From Sulfuritalea sp. (lineage in GTDB: Bacteria; Pseudomonadota; Gammaproteobacteria; Burkholderiales; Rhodocyclaceae): a stretch of 50,072 bases of DNA. This document shows positions 1-12,137 of the stretch, in pieces. The stretch spans positions 1 through 50,072 of the forward strand of contig JBIJDI010000001.1 in assembly GCA_044344235.1 (NCBI GenBank). Direction: 5' to 3'. The translations under genes and the position numbers were made by a program. Position 1 is the stretch's first letter, and the number at the start of each line of letters is the position of its first letter. The notes beneath the pieces were generated by a model that saw nothing but the letters and a program-made list of their open reading frames with translations, searched no databases and was not told the DNA's origin.

Positions 1-15
1 ATGCCAACAACGAAA

Positions 16-1053
<1,038 letters not shown>

Positions 1054-1545
1054 TCAGACTTTGAGAATTCGATCGCCGCGTCCGATGCCGGATACGCCGG
1101 TACGAACGGTTTCAAGGATCAGCGAGCGGTCAATGGCTTCGAGAAAGGCATCCAGCTTCGAACCGTTGCCCGTCAGTTCTATGACGTACGTCGAATCGGT
1201 GACATCGATGATGCGGCCGCGAAAAATATCGGCAATCCGCTTCATCTCCTCACGATCCTTGCCGGCGGCGCGCACCTTGACCAGCATCAACTCGCGCTCG
1301 ATATGCGCGGCTTCGGACAGATCCACCACCTTGACGACGTCTATGAGCTTGTTGAGCTGCTTGGTGATCTGCTCGATAACATCGTCCGATCCGGTGCTGA
1401 CGATGGTCATGCGGGAAAGTGAAGCATCTTCCGTCGGTGCCACTGTCAGTGACTCGATGTTGAAGGCACGGGCAGAGAAGAGCCCGGAAACACGGGAGAG
1501 TGCGCCGGCCTCGTTTTCGATAAGAATGGAAATGATGTGTCGCAT
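1054..1545 (-). CDS. ilvN: Acetolactate synthase small (regulatory) subunit
   Basis: 163 aa; MRHIISILIENEAGALSRV ACT domain, HIERELMLVKV; lies between ilvB and ilvC. Confidence 0.97.
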   Translation of the reverse strand: MRHIISILIENEAGALSRVSGLFSARAFNIESLTVAPTEDASLSRMTIVSTGSDDVIEQITKQLNKLIDVVKVVDLSEAAHIERELMLVKVRAAGKDREEMKRIADIFRGRIIDVTDSTYVIELTGNGSKLDAFLEAIDRSLILETVRTGVSGIGRGDRILKV

Positions 1546-1547
1546 GC

Positions 1548-3257
1548 TTACAGTTCCTCGGCCAGAATCATTTCCGACAGGCCTTTGCCGGCGGCCACCA
1601 TCGGGTACACGTTGGCCGTCTGATCAGTCAGGAAATCCATGAAGACCAAGTCGTTCTTGTGTTTGGTGAACGCCTCGCGCAGGGCCGGTTCAACATCAGC
1701 GGGACGCTCGATCTTCATTCCCACATGGCCGTAGGCTTCAGCCAGTTTGACGAAATCGGGCAAGGCATCGACGTAGGACTCGGCGTAGCGATTGCCATGG
1801 AACATCTGCTGCCACTGCCGCACCATGCCGAGATAGCGGTTGTTGAGATTGATGATCTTGATCGGCAGCCGAAACTGCTTGGCTGTCGACAACTCCTGAA
1901 TATTCATCTGAATCGATCCCTCACCGGTCACGCAGGCCACCGTAGCTTTCGGATTTGCGAAACGCACGCCCATCGCATAGGGCAAACCAACGCCCATCGT
2001 GCCAAGACCGCCGGAATTGATCCAGCGACGAGGTTTGTCGAACTTGTAATATTGAGCCGCCCACATCTGATGCTGACCCACGTCAGAGGTAATGAAGGCA
2101 TCTCCACCCGTGACCTCATAGAGTTTCTCCACCACGTACTGGGGCATGATGACTTCCTTGCCCTGCTTGTACTTGAGGGATTTCTTGCCACGCCATTCAT
2201 CGATCTGCTTCCACCAGGCGGCCAGCGCCTTCGGATCAGGTACGCCTGCAGAAGCTTCGAGAAGCTTCTGCAGTTCGTCAAGCACATCCGGCAGATTACC
2301 GACGATGGGCACATCCACCTTGACTCGCTTGGAAATCGAGGACGGATCGATGTCGATATGAATGATCTTGCGCGAAACCTCGGAAAAATGCGCCGGATTG
2401 CCAATCACGCGATCATCAAACCGCGCACCCACGGCAATCAGAACGTCGCAATTCTGCATGGCCATGTTGGCCTCGTAGGTGCCGTGCATGCCCAGCATGC
2501 CGAGAGACTGCTTGTCGGTCGCCGGATAGCCCCCCAGGCCCATCAAGGTATTGGTCACCGGGTAACCCAGACTGCGGGCGAGTTTTGTCAGCCTGTCGGC
2601 GGCGTCCGAGAGGATTACTCCGCCACCGGCATAGATCATCGGTCGCTTGGCCTCCAACAGCATCTGCACCGCCTTCTTGATCTGGCCGCTGTGCCCCTTG
2701 ACCACCGGATTGTAGGAGCGCATGGTGACCGATTTCGGATACTCGAACTCGCACTTCTGGTTGGTGATGTCTTTCGGGATATCCACCAGCACCGGACCTG
2801 GCCTGCCGGTCTTGGCAATGTAAAACGCCTTCTTCAAGGTGATAGCCAGATCCCTGACATCCTTGACCAAGAAATTGTGCTTGACGCACGGCCGGGTAAT
2901 GCCGACCGTGTCGCATTCCTGAAAGGCGTCCTGCCCGATGTAAGCCGTAGGTACTTGCCCGCTGATGATGACCATCGGGATGGAGTCCATGTGCGCCGTG
3001 GCAATCCCGGTCACAGCATTGGTCACGCCAGGCCCCGATGTCACCAGGCAGACGCCGATCTTGTTGGAAGATCGGGAATAGGCATCCGCCGCATGAACGG
3101 CCGCCTGCTCATGGCGAACCAACACATGCTTGAACTTGTCCTGTTTGAAGAGTTCGTCGTAAATAAAAAGAACTGAGCCGCCGGGATAGCCGAATACATA
3201 TTCGACCTTTTCCTCGTGCAAGCACCTGATTACAATTTCTGCGCCGGTTAGCTGCAT
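1548..3257 (-). CDS. ilvB: Acetolactate synthase large subunit (biosynthetic)
   Basis: 569 aa; FGYPGG, RHEQAAVH, SDVGQHQMW, GEGSIQMN...NN TPP-binding motif. Confidence 0.97.
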   Translation of the reverse strand: MQLTGAEIVIRCLHEEKVEYVFGYPGGSVLFIYDELFKQDKFKHVLVRHEQAAVHAADAYSRSSNKIGVCLVTSGPGVTNAVTGIATAHMDSIPMVIISGQVPTAYIGQDAFQECDTVGITRPCVKHNFLVKDVRDLAITLKKAFYIAKTGRPGPVLVDIPKDITNQKCEFEYPKSVTMRSYNPVVKGHSGQIKKAVQMLLEAKRPMIYAGGGVILSDAADRLTKLARSLGYPVTNTLMGLGGYPATDKQSLGMLGMHGTYEANMAMQNCDVLIAVGARFDDRVIGNPAHFSEVSRKIIHIDIDPSSISKRVKVDVPIVGNLPDVLDELQKLLEASAGVPDPKALAAWWKQIDEWRGKKSLKYKQGKEVIMPQYVVEKLYEVTGGDAFITSDVGQHQMWAAQYYKFDKPRRWINSGGLGTMGVGLPYAMGVRFANPKATVACVTGEGSIQMNIQELSTAKQFRLPIKIINLNNRYLGMVRQWQQMFHGNRYAESYVDALPDFVKLAEAYGHVGMKIERPADVEPALREAFTKHKNDLVFMDFLTDQTANVYPMVAAGKGLSEMILAEEL

Positions 3258-3294
3258 TGGTTACACCTGTTACACTTTTCGAGTGAAACGTATA

Positions 3295-3323
3295 ACCTTA
3301 CTGACTCGTCCGCGAATGGTCAA
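3295..3323 (-). promoter_or_regulatory. Putative sigma70 promoter of ilvBNC
   Basis: Minus strand TTGACC (3323-3318), 17 bp spacer, TAAGGT (3300-3295), about 37 bp upstream of the ilvB ATG. Confidence 0.6.
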
Positions 3324-3380
3324 GATTTTTAGTCTTTTCTTCGCACCGAAAAACTGCTGAATGTTGGCAGGAGCTATCCC

Positions 3381-3944
3381 CTGGGTTCCCGAACTGAACT
3401 ATCCGACTTCCTCGCCAGCGTAGAGCGACGCGCCTTCAAACAGGCCATGTTCGCCATCCGCAATGAGGAGACCGCACTGGACATCGTCCAGGATGCGATG
3501 ATGAGACTCGCTGAGAAATACGGTGACCGCCCGGTTGTGGAATGGCCGATGCTGTTTCAGCGAATCCTGCAAAACGCCATCCGCGACAATTACCGGCGAT
3601 CAAAGGTCCGCTCTCTTTGGACTACCCTGCTATCGTCCCTGTCCCCCAATGATGATGAGGATGCGGATCCGCTTGAAACTTTTACGGCTGAAAATGAGTC
3701 TGATGGGTTGGCAACTCCGCACCGGCAACTGGAACGCTCGCAACTCCTTGGTGTTATTGAAAAAGAAGTCGAGAAACTACCTCCGCGTCAACGCGAAGCC
3801 TTCCTGATGCGTTATTGGGAGGAAATGGATATTGCCGAGACCGCGGCGGCCATGGGGTGTTCGGAAGGCAGCGTAAAGACGCATTGTTCGCGAGCCACTC
3901 ACACTCTGGCTGTAGCACTCAAGGCGAAAGGCATAGAGCTATGA
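3381..3944 (+). CDS. ECF-type RNA polymerase sigma factor (probable CTG start)
   Basis: DIVQDAMM region 2 and LPPRQREAF...SEGSVKTHCSRA region 4. The frame extends 22 codons upstream of the ATG at 3447 (xGSRTELSDFLASVERRAFKQA) to a CTG at 3381 preceded by the SD CAGGAG. Confidence 0.88.
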   Translation: MGSRTELSDFLASVERRAFKQAMFAIRNEETALDIVQDAMMRLAEKYGDRPVVEWPMLFQRILQNAIRDNYRRSKVRSLWTTLLSSLSPNDDEDADPLETFTAENESDGLATPHRQLERSQLLGVIEKEVEKLPPRQREAFLMRYWEEMDIAETAAAMGCSEGSVKTHCSRATHTLAVALKAKGIEL

Positions 3945-4327
3945 ATGAAGATACTGAATTCGGTTACAAGGCAAGGCAGGTTCTCAATCAGGGCGTTGAT
4001 AGCCTTGCCGGGAATGTGACTGAACGGCTCCACCGAGTCCGTCAGATGGCCTTGAATAGCCAGAAGATTCCGGTGCACGGTCTGCGCTTGGCCGGGATCG
4101 GCCAAGAGGTGGAGCATGCGTTTTTTTCAAATGCCCGCGCCTTGGCTGCCCTCATGGCTCTGACTTTAGGTGTAACGGGGACTTATTACTGGAATGCGTT
4201 TCAACAGGCTCAGGAATACGAGGAAATAGACAGCGCCCTGCTCACGGATGAATTACCCCCGTCCGCTTACCTTGATCGAGGCTTCCATGTATGGCTCGAG
4301 CGCGCTTCGGACTCATCCTCGCAATAG
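3941..4327 (+). CDS. DUF3619-like membrane protein, probable anti-sigma factor
   Basis: ATGA overlap with the sigma stop; single TM segment; C-terminal DSALLTDELPPSAYLDRGF motif; start corrected from 3815 to 3941. Confidence 0.8.
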   Translation: MNEDTEFGYKARQVLNQGVDSLAGNVTERLHRVRQMALNSQKIPVHGLRLAGIGQEVEHAFFSNARALAALMALTLGVTGTYYWNAFQQAQEYEEIDSALLTDELPPSAYLDRGFHVWLERASDSSSQ

Positions 4328-4821
4328 CGCTCTGGCTGGCCCCTCCACTCGGCCATGCAGTCGTTCCTCCCCTGCTTCAACCAACTTGGGCTGAATTGAG
4401 CGGGGAGCAGAAGCGCGTTCTCGCCCCGCTCGCCCCCGAGTGGGACAAAATGGAAGGTTTCCGGCGCAAGAAGTGGCTTGGTATCGCCCAACGCTACCAG
4501 TCCATGAGCGCAGATGACCAGACGCGAATGCAGCGCCGAATGACGGCTTGGGCGAAACTCACGCCTGACGAGCGCAAACGTGCGAGGGAACAGTACAAGA
4601 CGCTGCAAAAAGCTCCTCCCGAGAAGAAGGAGGCAGTCAAATTGAAATGGCAGGAATACAAGGACCTGCCTGAAAGCGAAAAGACCCGCCTCAAGGCCGA
4701 GGCCGCAAGGAAGCCAACACCACGCCCTCCCCCGTCAAAGCAGGCAGTAGCCATTAAACCGCCCCCCGCACCGGGCAGTTCCCCCTCAAGCGCCCAAGCC
4801 GACAACCCGGTAGTTCGCTAG
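4291..4821 (+). CDS. DUF3106-like periplasmic protein
   Basis: Signal peptide followed by repeated W-x-x-L-[ST/P]-x-x-[QE] helical motifs (WAELSGEQ, WAKLTPDE, YKDLPESE); Pro-rich tail. Confidence 0.8.
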   Translation: MARARFGLILAIALWLAPPLGHAVVPPLLQPTWAELSGEQKRVLAPLAPEWDKMEGFRRKKWLGIAQRYQSMSADDQTRMQRRMTAWAKLTPDERKRAREQYKTLQKAPPEKKEAVKLKWQEYKDLPESEKTRLKAEAARKPTPRPPPSKQAVAIKPPPAPGSSPSSAQADNPVVR

Positions 4822-4830
4822 TCCGCTGCA

Positions 4831-5271
4831 ATGCCTACCCCTGTAGCCATTGCTATGGCGCCGCTGCCAGGCATAGTCCGTCGCATCGCCAGCATGACCT
4901 ACGAAAGCCTCTTGTTGCTGGGCGTTCTTTCGGTGGCTTTCATGCTCCCGCATCTTGCCTTGGGCATGGGCTTCGCGATCGCACTACCGGGTTGGGTGCT
5001 GATAAGCCACGTCTTCGTGGTGGTGGGTGCCTACTTCATCTGGTATTGGCGCCATGGCGGGCAGACGCTGGCCATGCAGACCTGGAAAATAGCCCTGACA
5101 ACGCAGAACGGAGTACCACCGTCCCTTGCGCGCCTTGCGTTGCGCTACGTCGTGGCTTGGCCAAGCGTGGTCTGCTTGGGAGCTGGACTTTTATGGGCGT
5201 TGATTGACCGCGACCGACAGTTTCTTCATGACCGGCTGGCGGGCACCCGAATAGTGTTCAGGCGAGACTAG
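4831..5271 (+). CDS. RDD family membrane protein
   Basis: RRIASMTYESLLL, GQTLAMQTW, FLHDRLAGT motifs. Confidence 0.9.
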   Translation: MPTPVAIAMAPLPGIVRRIASMTYESLLLLGVLSVAFMLPHLALGMGFAIALPGWVLISHVFVVVGAYFIWYWRHGGQTLAMQTWKIALTTQNGVPPSLARLALRYVVAWPSVVCLGAGLLWALIDRDRQFLHDRLAGTRIVFRRD

Positions 5272-5290
5272 AAGCAGGCATCGAAGCCGT

Positions 5291-6370
5291 TTAGCGTCGT
5301 TCGACCCACCAAAGCATTCCGGCGGCAGCTACCAGAAAAAGCACACTGGGTGTTATTGCTGAAAAGAAGGGGGGCCAACTATTGATTGCGCCCAGGCTGG
5401 AAAACAGACCGTTCAGCATATGGAACCCGATCCCCAGCATGATGCCTGCAAATACCCGAATGCTTACGGCGCCCATGCGATCCTGCATGTAGGCAAATGG
5501 TAGCGCCAGGGACATCATCACCAGCGCCGCCAGCGGATAAATCAGTTTTTTCCACATTGCGATGACGTATCGATCGGTCTTCTGCTGGTTTCCGCTCAAA
5601 TGGCGGATATAAAGATACAGATTGACCAATGACATGCGCTCTGGAACCACCAACAGAACCGCCAGCAAGTCCGGATTGAGTGCCGACCTCCAATTCAGTT
5701 CGCCATACCGTTCGACACTTGCCGAGTCTCCCGAAAAAACCGTACGGACCACCCCCTCAAGCAACCAGTTGCCCGCAGAAACATAGCGCCCGCTCTCCGC
5801 CTCGCTGATCGACCGTAACTGGAACCTGTCATCAAAATCAAATATGCGCACGTTCTGCAGCGAGGCGTCCGGAAGCACTTCGCGAACATTCACAAACGCG
5901 CGTTCATCCCTGACCCACAAACCGGACCGAAATTCCTGCGCCACCAGAGAGCCCATGGCTTTGAGCCTCAGTTGCTGGGCGGCCCGCTCGGCGGGAGGGG
6001 CAAGAAACTCTCCCACCAGGAGTGTCAGTGCCGCGAACACCAGTCCGATCTTCGCCAACGTGACCAGCAAATCCCGTGTCGAGAGGCCCGCAGCACGCAG
6101 CACGGTAATCTCTGAGTGACGAGCAAGAACCGTGAGCGCATAAAGGGTCCCGATCAAAACACCTATCGGAAACAGCTCATACAGCCGACCCGGCAAAGTC
6201 AGTGTCACATAACCAAGTGCGTGCTGCAGTTGGTAACCACCCTTGCCGATGCTTTCGAGTTGATGAATCAGATCAAAGAAGGCGAACAGCATCAAGAACG
6301 CCGTCAGTACCAAGGCGGTGGACGCATAGATCTCCCGCGCCAGATGGCGCTCATAGAGCTTCAGCGCCAT
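5291..6370 (-). CDS. lptG: LPS export ABC transporter permease LptG
   Basis: MALKLYERHLAREIY start overlapping the lptF stop; HSEITVLRAAGLS motif; multi-TM with periplasmic beta-jellyroll region; start corrected from 6493. Confidence 0.93.
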   Translation of the reverse strand: MALKLYERHLAREIYASTALVLTAFLMLFAFFDLIHQLESIGKGGYQLQHALGYVTLTLPGRLYELFPIGVLIGTLYALTVLARHSEITVLRAAGLSTRDLLVTLAKIGLVFAALTLLVGEFLAPPAERAAQQLRLKAMGSLVAQEFRSGLWVRDERAFVNVREVLPDASLQNVRIFDFDDRFQLRSISEAESGRYVSAGNWLLEGVVRTVFSGDSASVERYGELNWRSALNPDLLAVLLVVPERMSLVNLYLYIRHLSGNQQKTDRYVIAMWKKLIYPLAALVMMSLALPFAYMQDRMGAVSIRVFAGIMLGIGFHMLNGLFSSLGAINSWPPFFSAITPSVLFLVAAAGMLWWVERR

Positions 6371-7443
6371 CGCGCTTTGCCCCAGGCAAGCGGATTCTGC
6401 CGGCGATAAAACAAAACAATGAGGAGCAGAAACATTCCCACATGCACCGCCCAGACGCCGATCTCGAAACGCAATTTCCCTTGCGCCACCCATGCCTGAC
6501 TGACGCTGAGCAAATTGCTGTAGACCATGTAGGTGAGCAGCGCGAAAATCAGATTGTTGGTACGTCCGGCGCGCGGATTGACGAAGGACAGCGGGATGGC
6601 CAGTATTGCCAGATTCAGGGCCGCAAGTGGCAGCCCCAGACGCCAGAGCAGTTCAGCGAGGTGGGCCGGCTGCGGGTCGCGCAGCAGTTCCCACAACGGC
6701 TTGGTACGCGGCGACTCCTCAAACCCGCGCGCCTCCTTGGTTTCGATACGCAAAGCATATCGATCAAATTCCATCACCCGATATTCTGCTGTTCCGGCAG
6801 TTCCTTCATAGCGTCGCCCGCGATCAAGAACCAGAAAACGATCGCCATTGGGCATGGTTTCCGTATGACCTTGTGCCGTTGCCATCACGCCCAGTCGACC
6901 TTGCTGAATGGAGCTGATGAAGACGTTTTTCACCTTCCCGTCCTCACCCGCCATGCTCTCGACAAAAAACACCCGGTCAGCCGCACCTGACTCATTGAAT
7001 GCGCCCGGTGACACACGGGACACGTCATCGCGCTGATCCATGGTCTGACGGTAGGCCTCGCTCTTCTGGGTTGCCCAAGGCGCCAGCAGCAGGGAAAGAA
7101 TGGCAATCACGATCACGGGCGCCGCGACAAACTTCAGGACAGGTTTGATCCAGGCAGTCAGCGGAATACCTGATGCCAGCCAGACAACCATTTCCGAATC
7201 GCGATACCACCGCGACAGCGTCATCAGCACGGCGACAAAGAGCGTCAGCGAAAGCAGCACCGGCAGATAGCTGATGGCACGAAACCCCAGGAGCGCAACG
7301 ACCGCCTCGGAAGCCAGCTTTCCGCCGGCGGCATCGCCCAGCAGACGAATCAGCTGGGTGGTCATCAGAATCGCAAACAGCGCCACAAAGACCCCCGCCG
7401 CCGTATGGCTGAATTCCCGAATTGCCGCGCGCTGAAAAATCAT
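6361..7443 (-). CDS. lptF: LPS export ABC transporter permease LptF
   Basis: MIFQRAAIREF, RWYRDSEMVVW, SFVNPRAGR; divergent from pepA as in other proteobacteria. Confidence 0.94.
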   Translation of the reverse strand: MIFQRAAIREFSHTAAGVFVALFAILMTTQLIRLLGDAAGGKLASEAVVALLGFRAISYLPVLLSLTLFVAVLMTLSRWYRDSEMVVWLASGIPLTAWIKPVLKFVAAPVIVIAILSLLLAPWATQKSEAYRQTMDQRDDVSRVSPGAFNESGAADRVFFVESMAGEDGKVKNVFISSIQQGRLGVMATAQGHTETMPNGDRFLVLDRGRRYEGTAGTAEYRVMEFDRYALRIETKEARGFEESPRTKPLWELLRDPQPAHLAELLWRLGLPLAALNLAILAIPLSFVNPRAGRTNNLIFALLTYMVYSNLLSVSQAWVAQGKLRFEIGVWAVHVGMFLLLIVLFYRRQNPLAWGKARWR

Positions 7444-7463
7444 GGGGTAGCGGTCTGCCTGCT

Positions 7464-7493
7464 TTGACTTTTAGTGAAAACTTGGGGAATAAT
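7464..7493 (+). promoter_or_regulatory. Possible sigma70 promoter of pepA-holC
   Basis: TTGACT (7464-7469), 18 bp spacer, AATAAT (7488-7493). Confidence 0.4.
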
Positions 7494-7564
7494 CGAGGTA
7501 CTAACGGAAATCACTCGAAACATGAAGGTTTCTCCGATTTCCCTCATTCCCCGAGGAGAGTGTC

Positions 7565-9088
7565 TTGGAATTTAGCATAAAGAGCGGAAGCCCGGAAAAG
7601 CAGCGCAGCGCCTGCGTTGTGGTTGGCGTCTTCGAACCAAGAAAACTCTCAGCGTCAGCAGAGATTGTAGACAACGCGGCGCACCAGTTTCTCAGCGACA
7701 TCCTGCGTCGGGGCGACATGGAGGGGAAAGCCGGCACCAGTCTGCTGCTGCATGGCGTCCCCGGTGTCGAAGCGGATCGCGTCTTGCTCGTAGGGCTGGG
7801 CAAGGAAAGGGAGTTTCGCGAGAAGGAATACAGGGCCGCTGTGGCGACAGCGGTTCGCCAACTCAATGAAACCGGTGGCTTTGACGGCACCCTCTATCTG
7901 ACGGAGCTTGATGTAAAGAAACGTGATGTAGCCTGGAAGATCCGGCAGGCGGCGCTCGTGGTGCAGGAAACCGTGTACCGGTTTGACCGCCTCAAGTCGA
8001 AAAAGGACGAAGTCCGTCGGCCGCTGAGGAAATTGACATTCTGTGTCACCCGCCGAAATGAGCTTTCCATCGCCGAAGCAGCTCTGGCAGAAGGCTTGGC
8101 AATCGCTGCGGGAATGGAGCTTGCGAAGGACCTTGGCAATCTGCCCGGCAACATCTGCACGCCAAGCTATCTGGCGGATCAGGCTAAGCAGCTTGCGAAG
8201 TCACACGGACTTGGCGTCGACATTCTCGATCGCGCCGATATGGAAAAACTGGGCATGAACACCCTGCTCTCTGTTGCGCGAGGATCACACGAACCGCCCA
8301 AATTCATCGTTCTGCGCCACGCCGGGGGTGCTGTCGGGGCAAAGCCGGTGGTGCTCGTCGGCAAGGGCATCACGTTTGATTCCGGCGGTATTTCGCTCAA
8401 ACCCGGGGCGGAAATGGACGAAATGAAATATGACATGTGCGGTGCCGCCAGCGTGCTCGGAACGCTCAAGGCGGCCGCCCTGATGAAGCTGCCGCTCAAT
8501 GTCATCGGTGTCATTCCGTCCACGGAGAACATGCCGGGAGGCGCGGCCACTAAGCCGGGCGACGTAATCACCTCAATGTCGGGCCAGACCGTCGAAATCC
8601 TCAACACGGATGCCGAAGGCCGCCTGATCCTGTGTGATGCGCTGACCTACGCTGAACGTTTTGATCCGGAATGCGTGGTTGATATTGCCACGCTGACGGG
8701 AGCGTGCGTGATCGCGTTGGGACATGTGGCGACCGGTTTACTCGCCAATCATGACGGTCTGGCGCGAAGTTTGATCGATGCCGGACACGACTCCTACGAC
8801 CGGGCCTGGCAGCTGCCGCTGTGGGATGATTATCAGGAACAGTTGAAGAGCAACTTTGCAGACATGGCGAATATCGGCGGCCGACCGGCCGGCACCATAA
8901 CAGCTGCGTGCTTCCTCGCCCGCTTCACCGAAAAATACCACTGGGCGCATCTCGATATCGCTGGCACGGCATGGCGGTCGGGCAAGGAGAAGGGGGCCAC
9001 CGGACGACCGGTGCCCCTGCTCACCCATTTCCTTATGGATCGCGCGAGTCGCGCGCCAAAGCCAACCGGCAAGCGTAAGCGGGGATGA
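7565..9088 (+). CDS. pepA: Leucyl aminopeptidase (M17)
   Basis: [25 protein letters not shown] motifs; TTG start with SD GAGGAG. Confidence 0.97.
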   Translation: MEFSIKSGSPEKQRSACVVVGVFEPRKLSASAEIVDNAAHQFLSDILRRGDMEGKAGTSLLLHGVPGVEADRVLLVGLGKEREFREKEYRAAVATAVRQLNETGGFDGTLYLTELDVKKRDVAWKIRQAALVVQETVYRFDRLKSKKDEVRRPLRKLTFCVTRRNELSIAEAALAEGLAIAAGMELAKDLGNLPGNICTPSYLADQAKQLAKSHGLGVDILDRADMEKLGMNTLLSVARGSHEPPKFIVLRHAGGAVGAKPVVLVGKGITFDSGGISLKPGAEMDEMKYDMCGAASVLGTLKAAALMKLPLNVIGVIPSTENMPGGAATKPGDVITSMSGQTVEILNTDAEGRLILCDALTYAERFDPECVVDIATLTGACVIALGHVATGLLANHDGLARSLIDAGHDSYDRAWQLPLWDDYQEQLKSNFADMANIGGRPAGTITAACFLARFTEKYHWAHLDIAGTAWRSGKEKGATGRPVPLLTHFLMDRASRAPKPTGKRKRG

Positions 9089-9510
9089 CACAAATCACAT
9101 TTTTACACGGTGCGCGCGACAGGCTCGAGGCGGTCGTCGCCTGGCTTGCGCAGGCCGGCAAAGAAGGCAAACCAGTACTTGTCTACGTGCCGGCTGCCGA
9201 ACGCAGCGATAAGCTGGATCGCCTGCTGTGGACGCACCCTGTGACAGGATTCATACCCCATTGCCGCACAGAGGACAAGCTGGCGGCGGAAACTCCGATC
9301 ATTCTCGCGCCTGATCTCGATCATCCGGTGCATGACGAATGCCTGTTGAATCTGTCAGACGAAGTTCCACCCGGTTTCAGCCGCTTTCAGCATTTGATCG
9401 AGATCGTCAGTGCCGATGATGGTGACAGGCTTCCCGGCCGCGAACGCTTTCGCTTTTACAGGGAGCGGGGCTATCCGCTGGAAGCCCGCGATATTTCGGG
9501 AAACCTATAG
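9085..9510 (+). CDS. holC: DNA polymerase III chi subunit
   Basis: LDRLLW..FIPH and [12 protein letters not shown] motifs; ATGA overlap with pepA. Confidence 0.93.
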   Translation: MTQITFLHGARDRLEAVVAWLAQAGKEGKPVLVYVPAAERSDKLDRLLWTHPVTGFIPHCRTEDKLAAETPIILAPDLDHPVHDECLLNLSDEVPPGFSRFQHLIEIVSADDGDRLPGRERFRFYRERGYPLEARDISGNL

Positions 9511-9513
9511 AAC

Positions 9514-9909
9514 ATGGCTGATGACAACACAGCGGATCTCCTGCGAAAAGCCGACGCTTTGATTGGACGTACCCGGATATATGTTGCGGGGTCTTCAGCA
9601 AAGATCGCGCAAGCCGCGCCGCCCGAGGACGATTTGCCCGTCCTCACCGATGTCGTCACGGAACACGAAGCTGCGCTTGCCACGGCACCACCGCACATGC
9701 AGCAGCATCTTGACGCGCTGCGCGAGGAGCTCTCCCGCTGGCTTGATCAGGAGTTGCCGCACGCGGTGCTCAAGGTCACGGACGGACTGGCAGACCAGTT
9801 GATGGGGGAACTCACCGATCAGGCGGAAAAGAAGCTCTTGCCACGGCTGATCGCCCGACTCGACGGCACCGCCGCCCAGTCCAAGGGTCAGAAACAAGAT
9901 GAGACGTAG
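9514..9909 (+). CDS. Hypothetical protein (LPVLTDVV motif)
   Basis: 131 aa starting 3 nt after the holC stop; DDLPVLTDVV motif typical of genes following holC in betaproteobacteria. Confidence 0.7.
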   Translation: MADDNTADLLRKADALIGRTRIYVAGSSAKIAQAAPPEDDLPVLTDVVTEHEAALATAPPHMQQHLDALREELSRWLDQELPHAVLKVTDGLADQLMGELTDQAEKKLLPRLIARLDGTAAQSKGQKQDET

Positions 9910-10006
9910 CGGAGTTTAGGTAGCCGATCCGGCCACAAGAAACCGTCCTCGATGTGGCCAGGGACATGATGCCGACTCGATCGGCGTCACGTGCATGGAG
10001 CCAAGA

Positions 10007-10618
10007 CTAGCCGGGGGGAGGTACGGTTTCCGCAAATGCAGGACGCTGCATCAGCTTTTCGTAAAGTTGAGCCAGATTGGGGTATTGCTCGCCCCACCGG
10101 ATGTCACCGAGCCGGAAGGAAACATAGCCAAGCGTGCAACCAACAGCAATGTCCGCCAAAGACATGCTGTTGCCATGACACCACGGTTGCTCGCCCAATT
10201 CATCGGACATGACCTTCAAGGCCTGCTCAATCTTGCCCCGCTGTCGTTCAATCCAGGACGGGCTGCGCTCCCCATCGGGACGTCGGGATTCCAGGAACGC
10301 GGCTACGGCGGCATCGAGAACGCCATCCGCAAGCGCTTCCCAGCGCTTGACACTGATTCGCTCGCGGCCCGAGGCAGGAATCAGGCGGTTGTTCGGCGCC
10401 ACTGTATCCAGGTACTCGGCGATTACGCGGGAATCGAAAAGGGTGGCTTCGTCGTCCAGTACCAGCACCGGGACCTTGCCCAACGGATTGAGTGCCGTTA
10501 CCTGATTGCCCTCGGCCCAAGGGGAGTCGAGAACCAGATCGTAGTCGACCTTCTTTTCGGCCAGCACGATGCGGATCTTGCGGACATAGGGGCTGGTAAG
10601 AGAACCGATCAGTTTCAT
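10007..10618 (-). CDS. Glutathione S-transferase (YibF-like)
   Basis: SPYVRKIR, NPLGKVPVL, FDSRVIAEYLD, SLADIAV motifs. Confidence 0.93.
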   Translation of the reverse strand: MKLIGSLTSPYVRKIRIVLAEKKVDYDLVLDSPWAEGNQVTALNPLGKVPVLVLDDEATLFDSRVIAEYLDTVAPNNRLIPASGRERISVKRWEALADGVLDAAVAAFLESRRPDGERSPSWIERQRGKIEQALKVMSDELGEQPWCHGNSMSLADIAVGCTLGYVSFRLGDIRWGEQYPNLAQLYEKLMQRPAFAETVPPPG

Positions 10619-10650
10619 TTAGGCAGATCACAGTTTTTTGGGGCAGAGAA

Positions 10651-10718
10651 ACTATACCACGCCGTCTGATGCCAACAACTGACGAGCGCTCTGCCAGGCG
10701 AGACCTGCATGCTAAAAT
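10651..10718. promoter_or_regulatory. Back-to-back extended -10 promoters for GST (minus) and purB (plus)
   Basis: Minus strand TGGTATAGT at 10659-10651; plus strand TGCTAAAAT at 10710-10718. Confidence 0.5.
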
Positions 10719-10750
10719 TACGCATTCCGTCTGCGCTTGCCGCGGATTGA

Positions 10751-12136
<1,386 letters not shown>

Positions 12137-12137
12137 C

